From Azolla caroliniana (lineage: Eukaryota; Plantae; Polypodiophyta), in assembly GCA_043228905.1 (NCBI GenBank), contig JBHGNT010000004.1, forward strand, positions 19,840,001 to 19,904,000: DNA of 64,000 nt, read 5' to 3'. A program made the position numbers and the translations under genes. Below the pieces are notes generated by a model. That model saw nothing but the letters and a program-made list of their open reading frames with translations, was not told the origin of the DNA and ran no database searches. Positions within the stretch are counted from its first letter, which is position 1; each line of letters starts with the position of its first letter. Shown here piece after piece: positions 24,929-36,034 of this stretch.

Positions 24929-26718
24929 GAGTGTATTTTATTCGATTAATCAATATTTAGATAAGAATATGTATTTAGATTGAAAGAAAGATATAAGAAA
25001 CTTGTGAATCCCACAAGTATAGATTATATTATTTTCGTGAATCCCACGATTATATTAATCGGTTGGTGTTTTCGGAAATATATCCAATTTCCAAATATTT
25101 CACACACCTATTACATTGTGCTCCCCATCCTTATGTAGTGATGGGAGAGACTAAGCATAGCTACATGCTTTTTTTTTCTAATATGTTCATGCACACTAAA
25201 TGTGCATGTGATGCTTTTCTAATCCTTGCTTTTATTTGCTAAATATAGTGCTCATGCACGCTAGATGTGCATGAGTCACTTTTTAGTCGCTTGCGTTTTT
25301 CTATAAAATATTCACGCACTCTAAAAATACATGGTTTACCTTTTAATAAAGGTAGGCACAAATAAAGCACTTATAGTTATTAAATCTATTTATAGAACAC
25401 TAAAGATAAGGTAGCATAATGGTAAAGTTGAGGTTTGGCTACGTGGAGGTACAGGGTTCAAATCCTGCCCTATACACGTGATAAATATCTTGATATATTA
25501 TTTTATTTATTTATATGTAATTAAATCGGTTATATTATTTTTTTACTTTTTCACGTAGTGTACGAAATACACTACGACACCGTACTACCCACAAGCGAAC
25601 GGGTTAGCAGAGTCAACCAACAAAACGCTCCAGAACATTCTCCGCAAAATCGTCAATGAAAACCGGACGGACTGGGATACAAAGCTCCATAGCGCGCTAT
25701 GGGCGTACCGAACGGCATACAAAACAAGTATCCGGACAACGCCGTTCCGGTTAGCGTTCGGCTTAGAGGCGGTCATGCCGGTGGAATTTCAGGTACCAAG
25801 CTTACGGATCCAATTACGGGAACGGCTGAATGAAAAGGAGTCGGAAGAAATGCGGCTAGCAGCACTATGCGAACTGGAGGAGCAACGGCTAGCCAGCATC
25901 CTACACATGGAACTGGAGCAATGACGACGGAAAGTGTTCGTTGACCGTCACCGGAAAGGTAATGAAAAGATGTTCGAAATCGGAAAGCCGGTGCTAGTAT
26001 TCCAAACGAGGATGGGCAAGATGCCGGGTAAACTCCGGTTTAGATGGACAGGCCCGTATTGGCTGACACGGGAATACAACGGGTCCTACCAGTTAGGGAC
26101 ACTTGCCGGTGAAGTGCTAGGCAAGTGGGTCAACGGATTTAGACTAAAGCCCTATAAAGGACCGATGCCAAAGAACCCGTTTATGCAGCCCACCGGCACT
26201 ATACCGGGATCGGTACGGATGGAAGAAAAAGACGACGGGGAACCCGTAGCAGAGGCGAAGGAAGACACGGCAACCCCTCAGGAAAACGGTAAGGGTTCGA
26301 AGGGACCTACGGATGTGTAAGATCACATATCGTCATTTATTAAAAAAAATTAAAAAAAAATAAAAAAATAAAAAATAAAAAAAATAAAAAATCATTAAAA
26401 ATCGAGGTATGAACGGACGTGAAAGCAAGGAGCGAAAAGGTACGTAGTGGGCATTTAAGAGCCGCCACATTGCTTAATACTAAATTGGTACACGACGTGC
26501 GCATGCTCGAAAAAGGCGCCAAGACGCACAGAGAAAAAGAAGAACGCATGGAGACCTTTTTTTTTCGCGAGCCAAGAAGCACAGAAGCACCAAGGCAGTG
26601 GAAGCTTAGCAAACGCGAACCTGCACTCAGAGAACCCCCACGTTCGGAACGCTCTCTCTCTCGCTCTCACTCTCATCACCACTCTACCTCGCCATCTTTC
26701 CTCGACCTCGAAGCAGAC

Positions 26719-29388
26719 ATGGAGCCACAAACGCTGTCGGAAGCGGCCAGGAAATGGCTCAGGCAACACGGACTGGATGGGTTCTTGACCATCATGGAGG
26801 CACCACTGCACAGAGAAGCCGACCGGGTCATCAAGGAGCTCGACACAGAAGTTATCACCGAGGAAGTGATCCGTGCGCTAACAGGCCTTCCGGAGGGAGG
26901 AATTTTTCAAATCGATAACCCAACCTCAGAGCAGCTCATCCGATATTTCGGTGAGTACTCTGTAGCCGGCAAAGGCTATCGAACGCAGGGCGGCGAAGAT
27001 CCGCTATTCAGGGAGATAGCTCGAGTGCTCCATGAGTACGGCCACGTGTACCCCCGACCCCCTGTCATGCCAAAAAATCGGGCAGGGATGATCATAGCCA
27101 CCTATGAAGGGATCAAGGTGGACTGGCCGGTATTGATTGTAGACGGTTTGTGCGCGGCAATAGACATGGTACGAGGAAAGGACGGCAAGGAGGGCCGGAA
27201 GCTGTGGCATGCCGTAGCTCAGTGGATAACATTGCTCGTGCCGCCGGTCGAGACCGTTCAGCCAAAGAAGCGGCCAAGATTATCGGAAGGAAGCACCTCG
27301 AAGCCCGCGTCCAAACGACAGCAGCTGCTGGCGTCGAAGGCGACGAAAGGGAAGAAACGGCTCCCAGAACCGGAGGAGGTGTCACCGGTCCGACCCGTTA
27401 AGATAACCATACGGCGACCGGGACAGAAGGAACCGGAACCCTTGGCGGCACAGATACATGCCGATACCCAGGAAGAGGAAACGGAGGAGGCAGTAGAGCA
27501 CCTCCAATGACGGTCAAGAAGTAGGACCGTCGGGACAGCGGGGGAGCGTTCGGAACCGCAAAAGGAAGAAACGCCCCCAACTCAACCTGAGCAAACCACA
27601 AGGGAGGAACCGGAACCGGTACGTATAGAACCGGCCTTGTCGACTTCTGTACAAGAAGTCATTCCAACGGCTCCGGAGACGGTGAGAACCGGAACTCAAC
27701 AGCCGGCGAGGCCAGCCAACACACACAGCGGCCAAGGAGTAGAACCAGAACGGCAGATACAGGCACTCAGGCCAGACAATTCCACAGTGAACGAGCTGAC
27801 CCGACCAGTACAGCAGCAAGGCACCAGTAGCATGTGGCTACGGTGGGTAGGCGAGCAGATCGCCGGAGCGGTCGAGTACATAGAGGCGGAGGAGAGAGCG
27901 CACCACGAACGGTTGCTCGTCACAACCGTAGATCTAGAGACGGCCCGGTCCAGAATCCGGAGCCTTGAACAAGACTTGGACAGGGTCACAAGGGAAATGG
28001 CTCAATTGGCTTTGACAACACAAGTCCAAGCACCGGTGACCCCGGGCAATGTACAGAATAAAGCGTCAGATCAACCTGTACATAGCAATCAGACCCCGGC
28101 AACGGAAACCGTTCCGGAGAGAAATGCGGCACAAGCCCAAGAGCTTGCGGACTTAAAGGATGAGCTAGCTGCCCAAGAAGCGCTGAGGAGCCGCAAAAGG
28201 GAATTGAAGACGGCAACGGAGGAAGAACTCAAAAAGACTGCTGAGAATCTACGCCGGGCCGAGGAGAGCTTACGAAAAGGCCACCAAGCGTACGACCGGC
28301 TCAAGGAGGAAAAGGAGAAAATGCTGCAAGAGAAGGACAAGCTCCGGAGAAACGCCGAAACAGAAGTAGAGCGCCTGAAAGAGGAACTCCGGCAGCTAAA
28401 GGACCGGGAGGACCGGAACCATCGCCAGATCAACGGCAAGCTCAAACAAAAAACGGAGGAATTTGAGCACTTGCACCGGGAGTATAAACGGTTGCAAACG
28501 GAGCACAAGGAACGGACGGATGAGCTCCGGCAAGCAGTTGATCGGACCGCAACGGCATACGCTAATGAACAAGCGGAAACCAGAAGACGGTTGGAAGAGG
28601 CGGAGAAGGTTCGGACAGAGCTCCTCAGGCAACAACAGGCGGAAAAAGAAAGAGCGGCGGAGATACTGCAGAGGCTGCAGACAACATATCAAGGGCAGCT
28701 AACGCGCTACAGAGAGCAGGCGGAGGATACGGCGAATCTCATCAAGCAGTTGAAGGAGGAACGACAAGTTGTGGAAAGTAGAGCGCAAATGGGAGCAAGT
28801 CGCATCCAGGATATCATGCGGGCCTGGTTGAACCAGACCAAGAGCTTGATTGACAACGGTTCCGTCAAATGGTGGACCAAGTGGGCCACGAACACGGCGG
28901 AACTCCAATTGCTCCGGGCCGACGTAGAGAACCGGCGGAAGGAGGGAGATGATTGCTATATGCTGACTTCCGAAGACTTCACCAGCATAAGAGATGAGCT
29001 GGCCGAAGACTTTCAAGCCTTGGCAGAGGACCAACTAGGGCAAGTCCGGCAACTTGTAGCTCAGCTGGACGACGACAGGCTGGAGGCGCAGATCCAGTTT
29101 GAAAGCTACGAGAGGTCCCGGATCCGGGAAGAGAAAGCACGAGAACCGGTTACGGTCAACCTCAGTGATGAGGAACCGTTACTGGAAGGAGACCGGACCG
29201 GAAGCAGTCAAACGGAGATGCCGGAGTCAGAGAAACAAACGGAGCAGCCGCCTATAGAGCAGCCGGAGCAGCCTCAGTCCCAACCGCAACCACAGCAGCA
29301 GCAGCAAGCACAGCCGCAACAACCACAACCAGAAGAACAAGTGGAAACTCTGGAACAAAGTATTTTGGACAATTTGGGTGAACAATGA
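26719..29388 (+). pseudogene. Extra 3' ORF of the gypsy element (about 889 codons, one in-frame TGA at 27508): globular N-terminus plus long coiled coil
   Basis: ORFs 26419-27510 and 27637-29388 are in the same frame with only one stop between them; heptad-like E/K/R/L/Q-rich region; Q/P-rich tail. Confidence 0.8.
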
Positions 29389-31256
29389 AGGGGCCGAGAA
29401 GGGTTCGACGTACAAGGTACTGTCCCACGGGCGTGCCATGTGTTACCGGCCGGCAAGAAGTCCAAAATACGGAGTGAAGGAATTAATTAAGTATGGTTGT
29501 AAATAAGCATAGTATGGACGGACGGACTGGAAACGGTATGCCGTTCCAGATCCGGACGGATCCCGAATAGGTGCGATAGGCACCGTTTTGTACTACGGGC
29601 CGAAAACCTATTTAAAGGCCCGGACCCCATTGTAATCGCAGCGGATAATTAATAGAGCATATGGTGTTTATACTTCTGTGTTGATTTCCGTTCTGTAATT
29701 ACTGTTATATCTTACGCGTGTAATTAACCAAAGCATTCTAATCGTGTAACCTACGTAAGTCGGTGTAATCGTTGAATCTTAATCCTATGCCGTAATCACC
29801 CTTTGGTGAAGTGTCTCCGTGACACCTTGTGTTAGGCCTTGTCCGGTCAGAGAATAACACTCCTCATTCAAGATACTTGTCTTTACCGCTTGTACAGACA
29901 GGTTCACCTCTTGGCACGAGGTGCTGAGTGTTATCACTTGGTTCTCCCAGCTATCCGGCAAGGTACACAACAGTAAGACGACTTGCATTACATCATCCAG
30001 GGGAAACTTAGTGGCCGCAAGTTGATTCACATACCCCATGAATGTCCTAATGTGTTCGATGATGCTTTCACCGTCTCTATATTTCAACCAAATGATCTTT
30101 CTCATCAGTGAGGTTTTATTGAAGGCGTTCTTCCTCTCATGTAAACATGACAGCTTTTGCCACATCTCATAGGCATTCGTGTCGTTCGTTGTATGCTGAA
30201 GGACACTTACATCGACGCATTGTCGGATGGTGGCCATTGCCTTTCTGTTAAGAAGTTTCCATTCCGACTCCAATACCCCCATGGGTATATCTTCTCTGTC
30301 GACAAGCTCGTACAGGTCTTTTGTGACTATGAGAAGGTCTTCAATCTTTATCTTCCAATCTGCATAGTTCTGTGAGTTTAGAACTATCATACCTGGGAAG
30401 CCGCTCACACCTCCTTCCATGCTTGCGCCTCAAGCTTTGATACCAGCTTGATGGGTTCCGAACCATTGAAACCACAAGAACGAATATGCTGAAATACACC
30501 ACTCAGGCACGCAAGAAAACAGTGCACATAGATTTAACGTGGAAACCTTAAAACGTGAGAAAACCACGGGAGAACGAAGCTTCATTGTATAGTGGATATA
30601 CAATGGAGAAGATTACAACACTCTCTCTATGGATTGTATCAACCTTACAGGGCTCTGGGTGTCTGCTGTTACAGAACACAGCTATGGCACCGCTCTCACA
30701 CACTTCTCTAATCTCGGTGTATCACTATCGTTATAGTACTCCTGCCTCCTTCCTGTTCTACACACTGCTACAATTGGTGTTTTTGCCCTAGATGTATTTA
30801 TACTCATACATCATATGGGCTATTTACAAGTGTAGCACCTACTACACATCACTACTATTATTATTATAGTTATAACAGGAATCGATAGTTAATCATCCGA
30901 CTCTTCGACTATCGGCTCTTCTCGGCCCGAACAGTCGGCTCCTCCCACTAGAGGGACATATTCCCAACAAATCGATGTTGAATGTTACCCCGTACGAGCT
31001 GTACGGAGAGTCAAGTGTGATGAGCGAGGGTCGAATATTATCATGATGATGTTGTATATGTGTAGGGAACATAAATGTAATTGTGAGTCGATATGTATGT
31101 GAACACATGCACATGTGTGTGCATGTGGAGGGATACGATGAGGTGTGAGTGAGTGTCCAATATGAATGCTCTAGGGGGCTTACACCCCTTTGTATCTACC
31201 CCCTCTTGTACTAATTAACCCCCTTATGGGGAATGAATGAAGGATGAATGAACATT

Positions 31257-31306
31257 TCTCTCTATCTCTCTATCTCTCTTTTCATCTCTCTCTCTCTCTC
31301 TCTCTC
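31257..31306. repeat. (CT)n microsatellite
   Basis: Direct reading. Confidence 0.85.
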
Positions 31307-31547
31307 CCCCTCAACGTTGAACCCCCTTGGGAGGGGGGTGGAGCCATTCTAGGCACCACCCCCCACCCCGCAATGCTCATCAATGTCATCCTTACCCCGC
31401 AATGCTTCTCAATAATTCACAACATCTTCATGTCAATCTCTCTCACCATCATACTCTTCATCATCTTTGCTATTTCACCATGTCTATCTTCGTCATCGTT
31501 AACCATCATCATCCTTAACCCTAACCCTAACTCTAAAACCTACAACA

Positions 31548-32149
31548 TTGAATTTTCTTGAGCCTCATGTTACCAATCCTATAAGCAATCTTAAAAGCTA
31601 CTCGACAATTACTCTTCATACTAAGTGAAAGGTAATATTCCATATGTAGAGAACTTGAAACTGTCGCGTGGTCCTTAACAAGTTGCATATGTGAAATCAA
31701 GAAAGTATCTTGTTTGTTGTCATTAAGTGACAAATACTTCTATCGCAACCCCCTCATGTTTTCCTTTCCAAATTTTGAAAGACAAAGATTCCCACATGGC
31801 TTGCATATATCAAATGCAATTTGGCGATATGAACACAAAAAATTATATATTTTAACACTCGTCGAGGAACTCTTTGAAAATTCAGAGGCTTATTGATACA
31901 ATCCTCGTCAACATTACATAAACTAGAATCCTCATGACTTGTAACTACTTTATTATTTCATAGTCTACCTAAATTAAAAGGCTCGATCGAAAAAGGTGAA
32001 TTCGAACTTTTCCCCACATCATCATTAGACTCTACATGGCATCGTTTATTATTTATATGGTTATATTCGTCGATAGAGAATAACGAGTTATCAGATAATT
32101 TAAAAGGCTCAATGGAGAATAGAGAACTTTTACTCGAGGTTGAGGACAT
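31548..32149 (-). pseudogene. 5' remnant of the transposase
   Basis: FSIEPFKLSDNSLFSIDEYN and QDTFLISHMQLVKDH...EYYLSLS...FKIAYRIGNMRLKKIQ match the N-terminus encoded at 48268-48850. Confidence 0.85.
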
Positions 32150-32266
32150 CTCGAGTAAGCCTAACTAAGCTCAACTAAGTCAAAAATAGCGCAAAATTTT
32201 CTTCTATAACAAATCAAATTTTAAAATAATGTTTTAAATTTATTTTTTTAACATTCCTAAAAATAT

Positions 32267-32303
32267 ATATATAAAGGAAAGGCTTCTTCTCATTGTCATT
32301 ATC
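32267..32303 (+). promoter_or_regulatory. Conserved TATA-containing promoter motif of the ParB-MTase gene
   Basis: TATATAAAGGAAAGGCTT..CTCATT.TCATTATC also occurs, reverse-complemented, at 48028-48064 upstream of copy 2. Confidence 0.65.
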
Positions 32304-32393
32304 ACATTCAAGAAGCAAAAGAGCATAGGAGCACAGAGCATCCCAAACCTTCCGTTTTCGCCTCCCCGATCAACTTGGGTCGACATCAGCAAC

Positions 32394-35300
32394 ATGAACA
32401 AGGGAAAGAAAATCGCCAGGTATCTTCTTTTAACTGATTTTTTAAGATTCTCTAAAGATTCCTAGAAGATTTCATTTTATTTTTGTTCAATTTTTGCGCC
32501 GGGAACTCGATGCAGTGCATCGAGTTCTCGTTGAAAGCAGGAGAACTCGATCCACTATATCGAGTTCTCCCTCTTTCAACGGGAACTCGATGCACTGCAT
32601 CGAGTTCCCGTTGAAGGAGGCCAACTTTATGATTGATATACTAGAAATAGTAACTTTATTGCTATTTTATTAGCTTTTTTTAAATGTTTTTGACACAATG
32701 TTACATTTAAATTTGAGTATTTTTCTACTTATTTTGATGAACTTTACCTTTGTTATAAGGTTTAGAGTGTTTATTTTTAAGAATATTTTTATATCATTCT
32801 GTTTGTACTTGTTGTTTTCAGTGAACCCCGTCAAAAGGTACCATCTTTCAAATTGAAGATTCCCCCCCCCCCCCCCCAAACCAAAAAATCTGCGAACTAC
32901 ATGCATAAGCTAGAATCTCGGAAAACTTTGATTGAGTCGGGAGATGATGGGACCTCTAAGTCTTCGGTCAGAAATACTATGAAGACTTTAGCCGAAAAGA
33001 CTAGGGATCCTCGCCTCAAGAGCTACCCCAATGTGAAATGGACGTTGTTCCGAGGAAGAAGGGAATTTTCTCCTCATACTTGCAAAATCCGAACGTGAAG
33101 GAAAGCTTCAAGTGGGAAAGACCTTCAACTACGAGCAAATAAAGAACGTTGAATATGAGGACAATGGCTCATCGAACCTGCTTTTTGATGTTGATAGCTC
33201 AGCGGGGATGCTCAGAGTCCTGGTTGATGAAGGCTATTTTATAACGGACTCCTGCCACCCCAAAGCCTTAAAGAAAGATGTACAAACAAAAACCAATTTT
33301 ATTGTTGCTTTGCGCCCGTATATCAAAGGAGAACTCATGGTCGCACAAGCATGCACCCCACCGAAGTCTGCCAAAAAAGGAAAAGGAGAACACAAGAAGT
33401 ACAAGAAACGGCAACATCCTGAGGAGGACGAGCCCGAAGTACTCGAGGTCGTTGAAGATGAGGAGGAAGATACACAACTCGAAGTAATTCCTCCAGGTGG
33501 CCAAATTTCCTCGGGGATCCTCACTTCAGAAAAAAATTGGATCAGAGAGAATATTGTAAAGACTAAGCTTGTCCGTAAGGGACAACTATTTCACTTACCG
33601 ATTTGTTCTATTCAAAGGCCACCAATTGATCCAGAAATAGGAAGACAAGCTCTAGAGATAAGAGAGCCACATTCAGTGCATGTGCAGAACTTGGAAAGCA
33701 AAATGAAGATAAATCCACATGCTACTGTGGTGTCATTCTTCGTAATGGTAGACCTAGATCAGTGCCCAACCGTAGCTAACTTCAAGTACAGTTTGGCTGA
33801 TGATTACACATACTATGTGATTGGAGGATCCCACTCTACCGAAGCACGACATCAAGTTGTGAAGGAGTATGCTCTTACCCTATTCTTCAAATATGCAGAA
33901 TGTAAAGTGTACACTGACCTTGCACATGAACAAGCCAAGTTGCTAGCTTGGAACCACAATAATGATAATGACTATAGATACAATATGTCATGTATACAGC
34001 ACCTCAGGTTCTTTCATCATGAGTACCTTGATGCCTTGCAAAAAAATGGTCCTAGGCTGCATCCTGGATTGCGACGACAGTGTCAGCTTGAAGTGGGGAT
34101 AGCAACTGATGAAAGCACAAAGTCTGAAGGCTTGAGGAAGTATGAATCTTGGTTTCAACTTGCTTTCAGAACATGGGAGGTGTGGGACGTCCAAGATCGA
34201 ATTTTTAGTATGTGGGAGGGAGCGAAAAGAAATAAAGTGTCAAAGATCAAAGAAGGCTAAGTTGGACCCACAAGTGGAGATAAAGTCTAAGTCATGGAAA
34301 AGTGACTTAGTGATTGAAGAATTAGCCGAGGACATGAAGTTGCTTCATTGGCGGTCATTGCAAGGGATAAAGGATGACAGATTATTAATATCTATATTGT
34401 CAAGAGTGGCCGCCAAGGAGTTCAGCCTAAATGAAATGGTGACAGAGTTTCAAAAGTGAGTAATCTATGTGATGATTGTTGTTGATTGGATTGCTTTGTT
34501 GATTTTCTCTTTATTCTAACCTTAGTTTCTTTTGGTTTTTAGCCATATAGTTTATATGAAAATACAAGAGTTGATGATGAAAAAGTTGTCCCTGCCTACG
34601 TGGAAAGAAGTGGAGCAATCATGCCCAAAAACATCATCATACAAGGCTCTTGAAGAATTCTTCATTGTGTTTAGAGAATGGGTATGTATGTTTTACAAAT
34701 ATTAATTGATTTTAGGATAATGGGTATCTTCTTACAATATGTATAATTGCAGAAACCACCTCACTCAAAGAAAATGGGTGACATTAATGAAGGCATACCA
34801 AGCGCCTTCATCACCCATTTGGAACGAGCGAAATATGAAAAGAGAATGACAAAAGGAAAGGAGTTGGAGGTGCTTGAAGACTCCGATACTATGAAAAGTG
34901 TTTTGCACAAGAGTGATCCTTTCTGACAATTATACTATAGTGTATATAATGGTGATGTGGGTAATATGCTTGACATATTACCCAAGGGACATTATTCATT
35001 GCTCGTCGCGAATATACCGTATGGATTTCGAATAACAGACTCCACATATGATGATGAACCATACAAATATCCGCAAATAGAGCAGTTGGTATAAGACTTT
35101 GCAGAGCTGACCCTGGCTCCATTATGGCGCATCGTAATATTTCATAGTATGTGTCAGGCTTTATCAGTCACTACTGCACTAAAGTCAAGATGCCATGCCA
35201 TCGAACACATGCATTGGTAAACTTTAAGTTGTTATATATTTAATATATGGCTTCTATTGTACTTACAACATATATATTGACTTGTTTTGATTCCATTACA

Positions 35301-36034
35301 AATAGGGTTAAAACGAACATAACTCGTACCTTGGGCAATTGAATGGTCAGCGCTATGGAGCATTTGTGTGTGGGGTATTACGACGCTATTTCTAAGAAGA
35401 AGGCTCGAGCACATGTGAATGAGCGGAATGTCGTCAACTATATCATGTGCCCAACTATAACGAAAAAATTGTGCCACGTGTCTGGCGCCAAGTCTCTAGT
35501 AAACCCGTATCAAAAACCCTAGCGATTAATTAATCGATCAATCGAGTTGTTCTTGAACCCTGATGATTGGGTGCTCGACTTATTCTTTGGAACAGGTATT
35601 CTCATAAGTGTGATCAATTTCTCTTAAAATAAAATAGAATTTCCCGTCTTTGTTTTCTTACTTTTGCATGTATGATTGTTTATTTAGGAACAACGATTGT
35701 GTGCGCTCTCAAATTGTTCAGGAACTGCGTCGCATTGGAGAAGGACCACTCCCAAGTCAATTTTATTAAGATGAGGATCCAAGGTATATGGGATTGTCCC
35801 GACTAGGACCAAGAGGTTGGGGCAAAGCATATCAATGAAACTAAGATGTTTCAACTGACCTCCAGAGAACCGATGGAACCTATAGACGAGGAAGGAGTGG
35901 ACCTTGTAGACCTCGAAGATGTACCAAAGTCTGATCAAAGACAAGATTCAGCTGAGCAGACGAAACATGTAGATGCAACACAACTCTCAGCTGATCTTGG
36001 AGAGCAACTTGTTCTAAACCTCCTAATGGAGTGA
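32394..36034 (+). pseudogene. ParB/Srx-like domain plus beta-class N4C/N6A DNA methyltransferase, six exons, decayed (copy 1)
   Basis: Exons about 32394-32419, 32822-34455, 34543-34681, 34753-35216, 35305-35595 and 35688-36034, with GT-AG introns. YYVIGGSHSTEA...EQAKLLAWNHN (ParB-like); LLVANIPYG (motif IV, 35011); NPYQKP; DWVLDLFFGTG|TTIVCALKLFRNCVALEKD (motif I and C-terminus). Several stops and frameshifts. Confidence 0.85.
32500..32617. repeat. Three tandem palindromes in intron 1 of ParB-MTase copy 1
   Basis: Best unit TTCAACGGGAACTCGATGCA-C-TGCATCGAGTTCCCGTTGAA is a perfect 20-bp-arm inverted repeat. Confidence 0.95.

Larger units (their letters stand above)
22375..25579 (-). mobile_element. 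Non-autonomous LTR retroelement (no pol) nested in the gypsy integrase
   Basis: 793-bp LTRs at 22375-23167 and 24787-25579, identical by eye, ends TGTCGT...ACGACA; 4-bp TSD CCGT; PBS TGGTGAACCCGACGTG (24767-24782); PPT GGAGGGGGCGAG. Confidence 0.93.
17242..26320 (+). pseudogene. gag-pol of the gypsy element (frameshift near 20765, stops, interrupted at 22375-25579)
   Basis: Gag with CCHC knuckles (CTICLNAGHSAVEC, CYYCRQQGHYSNQC), protease VIDGGSG, RT CVDYRKLN and FLDDF, RNase H VDASD, integrase KWGLDFVGP, SDQG, STP|YYPQANG and C-terminal WTGPY. Confidence 0.95.
16770..29859 (+). mobile_element. Near-complete Ty3/gypsy (non-chromovirus-like) LTR retrotransposon with an extra 3' ORF
   Basis: 419-bp LTRs at 16770-17188 and 29441-29859 with about 4 differences by eye; 5-bp TSD CTCCT; PBS-like TGGCGACC after the 5' LTR. 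Confidence 0.96.
15686..30969 (-). mobile_element. Decayed Ty1/copia element split by a 13-kb gypsy insertion
   Basis: 5' LTR 30449-30969 (TGATGGG...CCCAACA); PBS TGGTATCAAAGC (tRNA-iMet type); gag 29860-30420 resumes below 16769; protease (WVIDFGASFH), GAG-pre-integrase (WHKRLGHMS) and integrase (FIDDYSRKTW) at 15689-16435. Confidence 0.9.

Noticed and set aside
26719-29388. Retroviral env gene
   Set aside because: No signal peptide, transmembrane helix or fusion-protein features; the product is hydrophilic and coiled-coil.
17267-29465. Numerous antisense and alternate-frame ORFs over the gypsy element
   Set aside because: Shadow ORFs of GC-rich coding sequence with no recognisable motifs.
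32394-36034. Bacterial or phage contamination as the source of the ParB-methyltransferase
   Set aside because: The gene has GT-AG introns conserved between two copies and is interleaved with plant UGTs and plant retrotransposons.
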